Counted from the first letter of the stretch, positions 44,599-54,536 are shown. The stretch: 64,000 bases of DNA from a virus (IMGVR_UViG_3300044675_003084:1378-65377), one strand, 5' to 3'. Numbers and translations are program-made. The notes: generated by a model not told the origin, from the letters alone.

Positions 44599-44826
44599 TC
44601 TTACACCTGGCCCTTTTGATGGTTGGTTAGTTTTTTGTGCTTTATTTGCATTATCACTTTCTCGTTTCTTTGTATCTACCAATTCTTTGTAATAAAAATT
44701 TCTTAAATGAACTGGTAATCTATATACATCGGATTGAATAAATCCATTCCCGTGATAACATAATTCAAAAATTTGTTTATGCAATAAAACGGAATAATTA
44801 CTCGGTAGGCCAAAAAAAGCTAACAC
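44587..44826 (-). CDS. ORF in the +1 frame overlapping the 3' end of the preceding gene (possible frameshift extension)
   Basis: Begins with GTG inside the T7 run shared with the 251-aa ORF. A strong terminator hairpin covers its stop. Confidence 0.25.
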   Translation of the reverse strand: MLAFFGLPSNYSVLLHKQIFELCYHGNGFIQSDVYRLPVHLRNFYYKELVDTKKRESDNANKAQKTNQPSKGPGVRVRK

Positions 44827-45553
44827 CCATTGTAATAGGTCTTACCTCCGTTTCTCCTGTTTCAGGATTTGTGTAATCAAATTCCATTTTGATATCCGGT
44901 TGTAAATTTTTTACATATTCTCTAAATCCTTTAGTATCTCTAGCAAGGAATTTATTATTAATAAAATCAGTTATAGATTTAGTGTCTTCTTTACCATCTA
45001 CCGATTGTATCATATAACGATAACGGGTGGTTAATTCACTACCCATCGAATCTTTGTTTAATCTTTTTAAAGCATTAACATCGGCATCAATTCTTTTTTC
45101 ATCACCATGTGTTAATAGTTTAAAAACTAATACATTTCCAGTTGATGTTGTGAATTGATAACGATTTTCAGTATTTAACTTTGAATAATCAATGTCTTTT
45201 GTTTGAACTTTACCTAAATCAACAGTAACTTGTTGTTTGGTATCATTATCATCTAATATTTCAATCTTATATTCTGGTCCATATCCTAAGATACGAGTTG
45301 CTAACATAATAGCGTTTTTATCACCCAAAAGAATATCATCTGGATTTACTTTCTTATCTACTATAATTGCTTCGAATAATTTATCTAATACTACACCTTT
45401 TTTAATCAAACTTTGAGATGAAAGAATTTCTTCCTCTCTTGCCGTCATATATTTTAATTCGATGTTACCACTTGATAATGGATTTGTTTCTGGATAGCAT
45501 TTACCTTGAGATGGTAATCCAACTATCTCCGTTGAGAATTCGTATTGTGACAT
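44798..45553 (-). CDS. Hypothetical tail-associated protein (251 aa) between tube and tape measure
   Basis: Position typical of a tail assembly chaperone. Ends '...GVSFFWPTE' across a TTTTTTT run. Confidence 0.3.
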   Translation of the reverse strand: MSQYEFSTEIVGLPSQGKCYPETNPLSSGNIELKYMTAREEEILSSQSLIKKGVVLDKLFEAIIVDKKVNPDDILLGDKNAIMLATRILGYGPEYKIEILDDNDTKQQVTVDLGKVQTKDIDYSKLNTENRYQFTTSTGNVLVFKLLTHGDEKRIDADVNALKRLNKDSMGSELTTRYRYMIQSVDGKEDTKSITDFINNKFLARDTKGFREYVKNLQPDIKMEFDYTNPETGETEVRPITMGVSFFWPTE

Positions 45554-45606
45554 ATTTTACCTTTATTTTGTTTATTGTATATAAATATATAAATAAAAAA
45601 AAAATT

Positions 45607-45635
45607 GAAAAAAAAGGAGATATTTCTATCTCCTT
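45607..45635 (-). terminator. Intrinsic terminator downstream of the tail tube gene
   Basis: aaggagata-tttc-tatctcctt 9-bp stem with a long A-run on plus (45591-45615), giving a U-run on the minus transcript. Confidence 0.55.
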
Positions 45636-45659
45636 TCTTAATTTTATATTTTAATTCTA

Positions 45660-46148
45660 TTAGAATTCAAGTATTGCATAATCATAAGCTAACGTTAATG
45701 TAATCTCTGCAGGGTCATTTGATGTCCAATCTAACTCACCGAATTGTGCGTTTAAGATAAATGCACCTTTAAGTTTCCAGTTTTCAATTTTATCACCTAC
45801 TGGTCCTAACATATAGATATCGATATCTTTTTTGTAGAAATCTGCATATCCATCACGTCCTGTTAGGGATTCATGTGAAGTTCTAACCCACTCCATTACT
45901 GCCTGTGCACCTGATGGTACGATTGGGTCATATAATGTGATTTCTAAATCTTGCCATTCACCTTTACCTTTCAACTTTCTTTTTAAGTTGATGTGTTCTA
46001 ATGTTACAGCTTCAAACTGAATGTTTGGTCTGTTACCTGCTTTGATAAGATATGAAGGGATACCAGCGATTTCCATGATGAAACGATTTTTCATCTTTGG
46101 TTCAAAGTTGGTATAGAACATTTCGTTAAACTCTAATATTTCTGCCAT
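45660..46148 (-). CDS. Tail tube protein (gp19-like)
   Basis: 162 aa, immediately downstream of the sheath gene and followed by a terminator. Predicted beta-rich. Confidence 0.6.
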   Translation of the reverse strand: MAEILEFNEMFYTNFEPKMKNRFIMEIAGIPSYLIKAGNRPNIQFEAVTLEHINLKRKLKGKGEWQDLEITLYDPIVPSGAQAVMEWVRTSHESLTGRDGYADFYKKDIDIYMLGPVGDKIENWKLKGAFILNAQFGELDWTSNDPAEITLTLAYDYAILEF

Positions 46149-46202
46149 TTTTATTTTCTCCTATTATATTAATAAATATAAGGTTTCTCTTTTTTTTAAA
46201 AT

Positions 46203-48551
46203 TTATGCTGAGAACGATGCTCCAGTCGGTAAGATATTGAAATCTAACACGATGAATTCAGCGGTTTTTGTTGGTTGTAAGAAAATCTGTCCAGCCAATA
46301 TATTTCTATCAATTACATCAGGAGTGTTATTACTCTCATCCATTATTACTCTAAATGCATATAAACCTTGTCTTTGTTGAATTGCTTCTAAATAAGGGTT
46401 AACTGTATTTAAGAATCTTGAACGAGTGGTAGAAGTATTTTGTTCGAATACTAAGTATCTTGATGTAGAAGCGATATACTTCTTAACTTTGATAAGTAAT
46501 CTTCTAACATTGATTCTGTCTAACGCTGATGATTTTTCTTGTAATGTTTTCTGTCCAAATGCCACGATACCCTCGCCAGGGAAAGATGCGATAGGATTTA
46601 TTTTTCCTTCGTATAATGTATCTCTCTCTGCGTGTGTTAATCTATTCAATACTGAAACTGCTCCTACGATTCCACCACGATTTAAACCAGCTGGTGCGAA
46701 CCATTCTGCTGCAACCGCGTCATTTGCTGCGAAAATACCTGGCATCAATACTGATGGCGGTACTGCAGTTAATCTGTTGGTGTTTCTATCGATTGTCTTT
46801 ACCCACGGGTAGTAAGTACCTACATAGTTAGAATCTACTGCTGCACCTTGTTCTACTGCTAAATCAATTGAATCATCTTGTGAAGTTACATCACCAATGA
46901 AGAATACATCTTCTCTATTCTCACACATTTCAGTTATGTAATCAAACACATAAGAGTGATGTCTACGAACTATACCAGGTGCTGCGATTATGTTGATATC
47001 GAAATCATCAGGGTTAGATACCGCGTTGATTGCTTTTACATATGCAACTGAACCACTTGAGATTGATGTTGCTAAGTTAAATCCTTGTGAATTACCTGAT
47101 GATAAATCAGAACCTTTACTTGCTACTCTTGTTGGAGTTACACCATCAAATCCACCTTGAAACGCTAAAGTAAATTGTCTTTTAGCAATTGTTTCAGCAG
47201 TATCATCAGTTGATAATGTATAATTTAATTGAGAATCAAACGCAAAATCAACATTAGCACCTACTGTTGCTGATGATGGAATTGGTTTTAAGTATTGTAA
47301 GTTGTTTATCTTAGTTGTAGCAGTTTCTAAATCAATACCAGAATATCTATATGTAGATGATGCGGTATTACTATCAGAAACTGTTGAATAAATAACTGCT
47401 GGAACTAATGTTTCAGTCCCACCCACATAAATTGGGTTGGTATATGCACCATGTCCAAAAGGTGCTGCTATAATAGGGAATGAACCCTCAGCTGCAACTT
47501 CTACTCTAATTAACTTAGAACGATTTGCATAATCACCATTTTCATTTTGTTTACCATTTGCATCAATTGTTAAATTTCTATCACCAATTATTTTAGCAAT
47601 ATAGTTTGGAGATGCTGGGTCTAAGTTAACGTTATTATATGTTTCTTTTACTGATTTTTTTCTATCTGTATCACTAAATCCACGAACTACTACTGAGAAT
47701 GTTGCGTAATCAGTTGCACCAGATACTCCTGCTGCTTTAACATTAAAAATACTTACTTTATATTCAGTATTGTATGGGTTACCATCACCTAATGTATGGA
47801 AACGGAATAGGTCACTTCTAACACCACTAATTAATTGAGATTTAACCCACGGAGTAGATGCGTATGTTGTATCTTCAGTAAAAGCTTGTGTTGCTAATTC
47901 TAATATTTCAACATCTGCAGATGAACTTGCAAATGCATCCGTTTTATCTGTTGCTGTTTTTTCAAAATAAGTGTAGGTGTATACCGATTTAGCTCCAAAT
48001 GGTGATTCACCAAATACATCACTAATATCGTTTCCATCTATTGGTAATACTGATGCAGAAACTGCACTTGAACCACTAACTATTATGGAAAAACTACTTG
48101 CACCTATCGGTGATGTAATTGTGGATGATGCAAAACCTGTACTTTCTTTATTACCAGTTAAGGTTGAATGTAAGGTTGCTACAATTTTTTTACCACCTTG
48201 TACTTCTGAACCACTTACTACAATTGCAAGAGGTGTTTCATGCGAATAACCACCTATGTGACCAACACGAACAATTGTTGCTGTTCCTGCTTCTCTTAGA
48301 TAGTTTTGTACTGCGTACCCTGTATAGTATTCCCCATCAGGTGTACCGAATATTTCTTCAAATTCTGATTGTGTATTTACGATAGTTGGTAAGAATGCTG
48401 GTCCTTTACTAAAAGGTCCTACTATTGCTGCTCCAATTTCTCCGATACCCTGTGATAAAAATGATAAATCATTCTCTCTTGTGAATACACCAGGTGATAC
48501 AATTTTTTCTGCCATTTTATTTACTCCTATTAAGTTTGTGTAATGATACAC
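46203..48551 (-). CDS. Contractile tail sheath protein (gp18-like)
   Basis: N-terminal 'KIVSPGVFTRENDLSF...GPFSKGPAFLPTIVNTQSEFEEIFGTP' parallels the gp18 N-terminus (SPGIE...GPAF...FG.P). 782 aa. The true start is probably the Met at codon 13 (MAEKIV, coordinate ~48515). Confidence 0.75.
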   Translation of the reverse strand: MYHYTNLIGVNKMAEKIVSPGVFTRENDLSFLSQGIGEIGAAIVGPFSKGPAFLPTIVNTQSEFEEIFGTPDGEYYTGYAVQNYLREAGTATIVRVGHIGGYSHETPLAIVVSGSEVQGGKKIVATLHSTLTGNKESTGFASSTITSPIGASSFSIIVSGSSAVSASVLPIDGNDISDVFGESPFGAKSVYTYTYFEKTATDKTDAFASSSADVEILELATQAFTEDTTYASTPWVKSQLISGVRSDLFRFHTLGDGNPYNTEYKVSIFNVKAAGVSGATDYATFSVVVRGFSDTDRKKSVKETYNNVNLDPASPNYIAKIIGDRNLTIDANGKQNENGDYANRSKLIRVEVAAEGSFPIIAAPFGHGAYTNPIYVGGTETLVPAVIYSTVSDSNTASSTYRYSGIDLETATTKINNLQYLKPIPSSATVGANVDFAFDSQLNYTLSTDDTAETIAKRQFTLAFQGGFDGVTPTRVASKGSDLSSGNSQGFNLATSISSGSVAYVKAINAVSNPDDFDINIIAAPGIVRRHHSYVFDYITEMCENREDVFFIGDVTSQDDSIDLAVEQGAAVDSNYVGTYYPWVKTIDRNTNRLTAVPPSVLMPGIFAANDAVAAEWFAPAGLNRGGIVGAVSVLNRLTHAERDTLYEGKINPIASFPGEGIVAFGQKTLQEKSSALDRINVRRLLIKVKKYIASTSRYLVFEQNTSTTRSRFLNTVNPYLEAIQQRQGLYAFRVIMDESNNTPDVIDRNILAGQIFLQPTKTAEFIVLDFNILPTGASFSA

Positions 48552-48607
48552 ATATAAGTATTAGATACTTTTTCTAAAATATTATTTTATATATGCGTAA
48601 CGTAGTA

Positions 48608-48877
48608 TTATTCCGCGATTGGTGTGAATTCTCCCGTTGTAGGGTTGTAATCACCATCTCCGTATTTTTCATTTAAACCTTTAAATAAGGTTTCTTCTTT
48701 GATAACTAAATCCGAATGTTGTTTAGTTAATTCTATTTCTCTTTCTTCTAATTCTGACAATCTTCTTCTTTTTTCAATATGAATTTGTCCTAATTCAGTA
48801 AAAACAGCCCCAACTTCAATTCTTAATTCGTTGATTTGTTTGACCTCGTCTTCTGTAAACTTAATTTTTTCTGCCAT
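48608..48877 (-). CDS. Small coiled-coil protein
   Basis: 89 aa, heptad-like, with a TATAAATAT box upstream at 48905-48921. Confidence 0.3.
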   Translation of the reverse strand: MAEKIKFTEDEVKQINELRIEVGAVFTELGQIHIEKRRRLSELEEREIELTKQHSDLVIKEETLFKGLNEKYGDGDYNPTTGEFTPIAE

Positions 48878-48945
48878 TTTGATATATTTTGTTTATTAAT
48901 TACTTATATATATAAATATATGGATTTTCCCCAAACGATAAAAAA

Positions 48946-50214
48946 TTATCTAGTAAATGTTAAAGTTGCATATGTTCCTGGAAGACCTTGGTCTATAGCT
49001 CTAACTCTTGCATACCATGTTCCTGCGGTTAATAGGGTGTTAACTTCTATATTCGCTTCACTCCATTCCGTAAAATTAATAGTAGGAGCTGAAAAGTCTG
49101 CATTTGCTGAAACTTGTACATCATATGCGGTAATACCAGCAGTTCCTACTGCCGTAGGTGCTACCCATGTTAAGAAAGGTGTTGCGTAGGTAAGAGAAGT
49201 TGGTGCACCTGGTGATGCTAAATCTGCGAATGAGTTTCCACCCTTATTGTGGGTTACATATCCATTTACTAAATAAGTATCCTCTTCTTCAACGTCAATT
49301 GATACAATTTCACTTGTTTTTACTACAACTTCGTTTGAATTAATTATTTTTTCAACTAAAACTCCACCTTCTGCTTTTAGTAATTTGTCATCGGTTGTAA
49401 TTCTAAATATTTCTTTAAATTTATATAATCCATCTTCACCATCTTTTACTAATAATGGATGTTCTGATGTTGCTGTTATTTCTCCATCATTAATATCATA
49501 ATATTTTGATGAAAATGAGTATACTAATCCAACTACGGTTACTTCTTTTTCTGAGGTAACCAATTCATTTGTATTCCATGTATAAAACCCACCATCTAAA
49601 TCTGGTGATAATCCATTTAATGAATACCCTTTTAATTTATCACCCTCTACTAAATCTCCTGCCTCAACTATTGAACCATCTGCTAAAGTAATAGGTGAAT
49701 CAATTGTTAAACATAACGCGGTAGAGTTACCATCATATGAATCTACGGAATAAACCGTTTTATCTTTATTTGTATTATATCCAGTAACGTGGTCGTTAAA
49801 CCCATCAACAAATACACATCTAATCGTATTAGATTGTGCAGACATTAATGCTGTTTGAGCTCCTGGTGATTGTGGATTCATACTAGAAATTGAAAAAGTA
49901 GCAGTTACACCACTATTTGTTCCTAATGTTATATATGAACCTGCAGGAACACTCCATGTGAAGTTTGCTGCTCTACTACTAATTCTACCAAAATTTGCAC
50001 CATCACCTGTAAAACCTAATGTATAAGTTTCGGTTGTAGATTCAACTGCGTAAGTGTATCCGGTTACAGACCCTACTGAATCAATTGCAAATGATGACAT
50101 TGCTATGGGGCCAGTTGTATCTCCCTTAGCTGCTGATAATGATTTTGTACCCTGTCCTGTTGCAGAACCTAAACTATTTAAACTTAGTGTATCGCCTGAT
50201 GTTAGTGTTGCCAT
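48946..50214 (-). CDS. Structural protein with C-terminal fibronectin-III-like domain
   Basis: C-terminus 'PGAPTSLTYATPFLTWVAPTAVG...YDVQVSANADFSAP...WYARVRAIDQGLPGTYATLTFTR' is FN3-like. Ser/Thr/Gly-rich N-terminal half. Confidence 0.35.
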   Translation of the reverse strand: MATLTSGDTLSLNSLGSATGQGTKSLSAAKGDTTGPIAMSSFAIDSVGSVTGYTYAVESTTETYTLGFTGDGANFGRISSRAANFTWSVPAGSYITLGTNSGVTATFSISSMNPQSPGAQTALMSAQSNTIRCVFVDGFNDHVTGYNTNKDKTVYSVDSYDGNSTALCLTIDSPITLADGSIVEAGDLVEGDKLKGYSLNGLSPDLDGGFYTWNTNELVTSEKEVTVVGLVYSFSSKYYDINDGEITATSEHPLLVKDGEDGLYKFKEIFRITTDDKLLKAEGGVLVEKIINSNEVVVKTSEIVSIDVEEEDTYLVNGYVTHNKGGNSFADLASPGAPTSLTYATPFLTWVAPTAVGTAGITAYDVQVSANADFSAPTINFTEWSEANIEVNTLLTAGTWYARVRAIDQGLPGTYATLTFTR

Positions 50215-50225
50215 TTATTTTATTC

Positions 50226-51224
50226 CTATTTGTTATAAATATCTAATAATGAATCAATCCACTTATTCTTATCCGTATATTTTTCAATCATATAAGTTTT
50301 TATAGTATTGAACCAATATAATTTTTCAGAATAAGGTAATGTAGTAATCTTTGTATAAATATCAAAAAATTCAGTTTTAGACGATACTCGATATGGATAA
50401 TTTAAATCTTTACACCATGTGGTATGTAATATTGGTAATTTACCCCTATCAACTGCTTCAAATATTGAATATCCAAAGGGTTCTGATATAAATGCGGAAT
50501 GTGATATTCCCCAATCCATATCATAAAAAGTATCTTTAAACTCCGAATCATAATGATATAATTTTGATTTTGAAACATCTACCTTTACGCCATTTTTCCA
50601 AAGTAAATTAAATTCTTGTGAATTAGTAAAAATAAGACTTGGTATTTTATCTAAATAGTGTGGATTTTTTCTACCTTCACTCCTTGCTGCGAATCCTAAC
50701 TTATTAGATTTGGATAGTGGTAGATTCTTTTTAAATTCGTAAAAATTTGGTATATTGGTGTTTTTATAAAGTATTTCGTATAATCCTACCCATATATTAT
50801 TCTCACACCAATCAGTAACCTCTTGTTCCCATTCTGAACTCATATACGGATGATGTCCTATTGGTAAATCACTTCCAAATTGAGATTTTAGAATATGGTC
50901 TACTGAATTGTGTAATATATTTGAATGAATTTTATCTTTATTGTCTACAATCGGTTTCATTGGAGTATAATGTCCATGTAGAATATTAATTCTTCTAGCA
51001 CCTTTACATAGTTCTTCAAATTTTTGAATATCTTCACCATGCCAATAAGTTTCTATTGGAAATTGGTAATCTTCGTGTCCTTTGGGTTTGTTTCTATGAA
51101 TAAGGAGAATTGGTTTAACATCTAATTTAGGTGCTATTAATTCCATCCAAAGATTTACCCAAATATCAGAACCTGCGTTGACCCACGGCCCTCCACCTGT
51201 GGTATAATAAACATCATAAACCAT
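50226..51224 (-). CDS. GT-B fold glycosyltransferase-like protein
   Basis: 'SEPFGYSIFEAVDRGKLPIL' matches the GT4/GT1 'E(x)FG...EAmaxGxPvi' C-terminal-domain motif. 332 aa. Confidence 0.45.
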   Translation of the reverse strand: MVYDVYYTTGGGPWVNAGSDIWVNLWMELIAPKLDVKPILLIHRNKPKGHEDYQFPIETYWHGEDIQKFEELCKGARRINILHGHYTPMKPIVDNKDKIHSNILHNSVDHILKSQFGSDLPIGHHPYMSSEWEQEVTDWCENNIWVGLYEILYKNTNIPNFYEFKKNLPLSKSNKLGFAARSEGRKNPHYLDKIPSLIFTNSQEFNLLWKNGVKVDVSKSKLYHYDSEFKDTFYDMDWGISHSAFISEPFGYSIFEAVDRGKLPILHTTWCKDLNYPYRVSSKTEFFDIYTKITTLPYSEKLYWFNTIKTYMIEKYTDKNKWIDSLLDIYNK

Positions 51225-51229
51225 TTATA

Positions 51230-53104
51230 TTATTTTTTTATTATAATTAATCCAGCAAATACTCCAGCAAAAGTTATACTCAATGCATTAACCGAAGTTG
51301 ATTCTATAATTGAAGGAACTTCCTGTCTTTTATTGGCAGTATTCCATGCTTGAACTATTGGATATTCTTCATTTAAACTATGTGTAATTGAATAAGTTGA
51401 ATTACCACTAACTGTTTCCTTATATGTTGTTAATGCAGTTATTTGTGAAGAACCACTCACTAATCCACTTGGCGTTCCTGCTAAGTTAGCAAATGAAGTA
51501 GAACCACTTACTATATGACCACCTTTAGCAACTACTGCGTATCCACTTTGAGCGGATGATAATATTATTGTTGCAGTATTGTTATTAGTAAGGGTTACCG
51601 ATGATGGTATTATTTGTGAATCATTTGTTCCATATACTGAAACTAATACATTTTTAGTATTAAAGTTGTGTGTTACCGAAATAGTTGATTGTGTATCAAA
51701 CGAAGATGTAACTGTTGCTACTTCTGCAATTTCAGTTACTACGTTTGTAATACCACTACCATCTCCAACAAAGTATGATGCAGTGATTGCACCATTTGCT
51801 AAATTAATTGATTGACTTACTAATGATGACAGAATTTGGGTAGAAGATGATACGATATTACTTCCACCTAATATTTGGATTGACCCGGATATTAATGTTG
51901 GTAATGAACTAATTCCACTAAAAGTAATTTGAGATGAACCTGATACAACGTTATCACCACTAGCAAGTAATATTTTTGATTCAGACCCACTTATTCCACT
52001 TTTCCAATAATCATTAGTTGAATCCCAAAGTAATGAACCACTAATAGTAGAACCACCGGTTGAATCTTTTACTAATAACCCACCATTTGCTACACCTGTA
52101 CCATTCAATTCAATAATATTATCACCTAATTGAATTGTAGTTGAATTTACGGAGGTTGTTGTTCCTCTAACTATTAAATCACCTAATACCACTACATTCG
52201 AACCTGTCAATTCTAAAGCGGTTTTGAGGGAGGATGTATATGTGTTTAAAGATGCGGTTGATTCTTGTATTCTATCTAACTCATTATCAATTGAAGCAGT
52301 ATAAGTTGTAAGGGTTGAGTTCTTAGTATCTTGTGATTGTGTATACGAATTTAATGAACTCAATATACTAACTATCTGAGATGAACCACTTACTAACCCG
52401 CTTGGTTTATTTGTATGATTTGTATAATCTAAATAGTATGAACCGGATTCGCCATTTAATTTATTTGAATCATCTGCAGAACCACTAACAATGTGGCCAC
52501 CTTTAGCAACTACTGCATAACCACTTTGAGCGGAAGTTAATACTATTGTTGCAGTATTTAAATCCGTAAGAGTTACTGATGATGGGATTATTTGTGCATA
52601 ATTAGAATCGTATACCGAAATAATTACATTTCGTGAATTAAAATTATGACTAACTGATATGTTTGAGGAATTGAAAAAAGCGTAATTAACAGTTGCTACT
52701 TGAGATATATCTGATGCAGGTAAATTTGTTAATCCACTTCCATCTCCACCAAATGAACCAGTGAAAGAACCACTAATAGTTCCTTCACCTAATGTATTTA
52801 AATATCTTGAATCTAATGAGGATGTTAATTGTGATGAACCGGAAACCATTCCAGTCCCACCGAATGTTATTTGAGAACCATTTCCTATGAAATATGAAGC
52901 GGTTATGGCACCATTAATATTAAGAGAACCTGTTATTAGGGCATCTGTAACTACAATTGTTTGAATTGATGGTATTCCGTTATCTTTTTCAAAATATAAC
53001 TTACCATCGTATGTATTTATCGCCAACTCTCCTAATTCAAGAGTGTCGGTTGTAGGAATTTTACCCTGAACAGCTGTTCTTTTTAGCTTTAATACTTGTG
53101 CCAT
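51230..53104 (-). CDS. Tail fibre protein
   Basis: N-terminal anchor motif 'MAQVLKLKRTAVQGKIPTTDTLELGELAINTYDGKLYF'. Two copies of the module 'IIPSSVTLT..NTATI.L.SAQSGYAVVAKGGHIVSGS'. Shared module 'STTIQLGDNIIELNGTGVANGGLLVKDSTGG..SGSLLWDSTNDYWK'. Confidence 0.6.
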   Translation of the reverse strand: MAQVLKLKRTAVQGKIPTTDTLELGELAINTYDGKLYFEKDNGIPSIQTIVVTDALITGSLNINGAITASYFIGNGSQITFGGTGMVSGSSQLTSSLDSRYLNTLGEGTISGSFTGSFGGDGSGLTNLPASDISQVATVNYAFFNSSNISVSHNFNSRNVIISVYDSNYAQIIPSSVTLTDLNTATIVLTSAQSGYAVVAKGGHIVSGSADDSNKLNGESGSYYLDYTNHTNKPSGLVSGSSQIVSILSSLNSYTQSQDTKNSTLTTYTASIDNELDRIQESTASLNTYTSSLKTALELTGSNVVVLGDLIVRGTTTSVNSTTIQLGDNIIELNGTGVANGGLLVKDSTGGSTISGSLLWDSTNDYWKSGISGSESKILLASGDNVVSGSSQITFSGISSLPTLISGSIQILGGSNIVSSSTQILSSLVSQSINLANGAITASYFVGDGSGITNVVTEIAEVATVTSSFDTQSTISVTHNFNTKNVLVSVYGTNDSQIIPSSVTLTNNNTATIILSSAQSGYAVVAKGGHIVSGSTSFANLAGTPSGLVSGSSQITALTTYKETVSGNSTYSITHSLNEEYPIVQAWNTANKRQEVPSIIESTSVNALSITFAGVFAGLIIIKK

Positions 53105-53147
53105 ATGTATGACTTACCAATTTCATTATATAATTACTCGGTTATTT

Positions 53148-53177
53148 AAAAACCCCCTTTATGTAAAGAGGGGTTTT
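53148..53177 (-). terminator. Intrinsic terminator between two fibre genes
   Basis: aaaacccccttt-atgt-aaagaggggtttt GC-rich stem, with an A-run on plus giving a U-run on the minus transcript. Confidence 0.5.
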
Positions 53178-53192
53178 ATATGTCTTTTTTAT

Positions 53193-54494
53193 TTAGATTT
53201 TGTTTTCTAGAGAATTTACTTTAGAAGTTAAATCATCAATTTGTTTTTGTTGTTCTTTAATACCTTCTATTAATAAGGTTACTAATTTATCGTATTTAAC
53301 TGCTTTGTATCCGTTTTCTCTTGTCTGAACTAATTGAGGTAATACTGCTTCAATTTCTTGTGCAATTACACCCACATCGTTTCCTTCGTATCCGTGCTCA
53401 GCTTTAGTTTCTGCTTTCCAATCGTAAGTGTTACCACTAATCTTAGAAATCTTATCCAATGCGTTTTCGATTGGAACGATATTTTCTTTGAAACGAATAT
53501 CTGAAGATGAGTAAGCAACGATATCATTGGTTGCATCAATTCTACCTGCAGTAGCAGATGCGGCCATTCCTATTCCTAAAGAAGTTGCAGTTGCTGCACC
53601 TATTATTGTATGTGAACCACTAACTTGTACTGAACCAGTGAATGAATGTGTATCGTTACTGAAATCACCAAATCTATTAGAACCACTACTGAATATAACT
53701 GATGCCGTTTCATTAATTGTTGTTAAATTAACAATAGTTAAATCTGTAATAGTAGTTCCACTCAATTGAGATGAACCAGAAACAATTCCTGCTGGTATTG
53801 AACCAACACTAGCATAAGTTATTTGAGATGAACCCGAAACTACACCATTAGTTGCGTTGATTGTACCATTAAATGATGTACCATTGAAAGTTGTACCTGT
53901 TATAGTACTATTTGAAGTAATCGAACCAGTTACTAATAAATCATTTCCAAATACTATATTAGTTCCACCTGAACTTAAAAATTTAGATGTACCATCTTGC
54001 ATGCTAACATTTCCTTTAACGGAAATTAAACCAGCAGTTGGGTCTAATAATATATCACCACCACCTGAAGATTTTAATTCAATGTCTCCATCGGCAGTTT
54101 GAAGTACAATATTATCAGTACCTAATTCGTTAAATTTAATTGATTGACCGGTGTCGGTTGTAAATATTAATTCTGTTGCATTTGATGATAATATTTGTGT
54201 TCCAGCTATGTAAAGTGATGCTGAAGATAGGTATAAATCACGAAATGGTTTAGTTGCACTACCTAAATCTACGGTTAATGTAGTAGGTATTATATGTTTA
54301 GAAGTAGTTACCGAATCAGTACTTTGTGAAAATGGAGTACCATTAACAGTATTAAACTGAACTTGTGATGAACCACTTATTACACCATTTGTTGATGCAA
54401 TTGAACCTGTAAACGCACCACCAGTTGGTAAGGTGAAAGTTGCACCATCTGCGAATGTTAGTGAACCTGAAATTATGGGACTATGTATTATCAT
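53193..54494 (-). CDS. Tail fibre/spike protein with C-terminal intramolecular-chaperone (peptidase S74-like) domain
   Basis: C-terminus 'AYSSSDIRFKENIVPI...GNTYDWKAE...GVIAQEIEAVLPQLV...YKAVKYDKLVTLLIEGIKEQQKQIDDL' matches the auto-cleaving chaperone domain of endosialidase/L-shaped fibre proteins. Confidence 0.7.
   Translation of the reverse strand: MIIHSPIISGSLTFADGATFTLPTGGAFTGSIASTNGVISGSSQVQFNTVNGTPFSQSTDSVTTSKHIIPTTLTVDLGSATKPFRDLYLSSASLYIAGTQILSSNATELIFTTDTGQSIKFNELGTDNIVLQTADGDIELKSSGGGDILLDPTAGLISVKGNVSMQDGTSKFLSSGGTNIVFGNDLLVTGSITSNSTITGTTFNGTSFNGTINATNGVVSGSSQITYASVGSIPAGIVSGSSQLSGTTITDLTIVNLTTINETASVIFSSGSNRFGDFSNDTHSFTGSVQVSGSHTIIGAATATSLGIGMAASATAGRIDATNDIVAYSSSDIRFKENIVPIENALDKISKISGNTYDWKAETKAEHGYEGNDVGVIAQEIEAVLPQLVQTRENGYKAVKYDKLVTLLIEGIKEQQKQIDDLTSKVNSLENKI
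53262..53400. repeat. Dispersed repeat: S74-chaperone-domain coding segment (copy 1), ~85-90% identical to 55236-55374
   Basis: ttctttaataccttctattaataaggttactaatttatcgtatttaactgctttgtatccgttttctc... versus ttctttaataccttctattagtaatgctactaacttatcatatttaaccgccttataaccattttcac... Both continue identically through ...cttgtgcaattacacccacatcgtttcc. Confidence 0.7.
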
Positions 54495-54536
54495 CTTTTG
54501 TTTTCCTTATTTATTTTGTATAAATATATATTTTTT

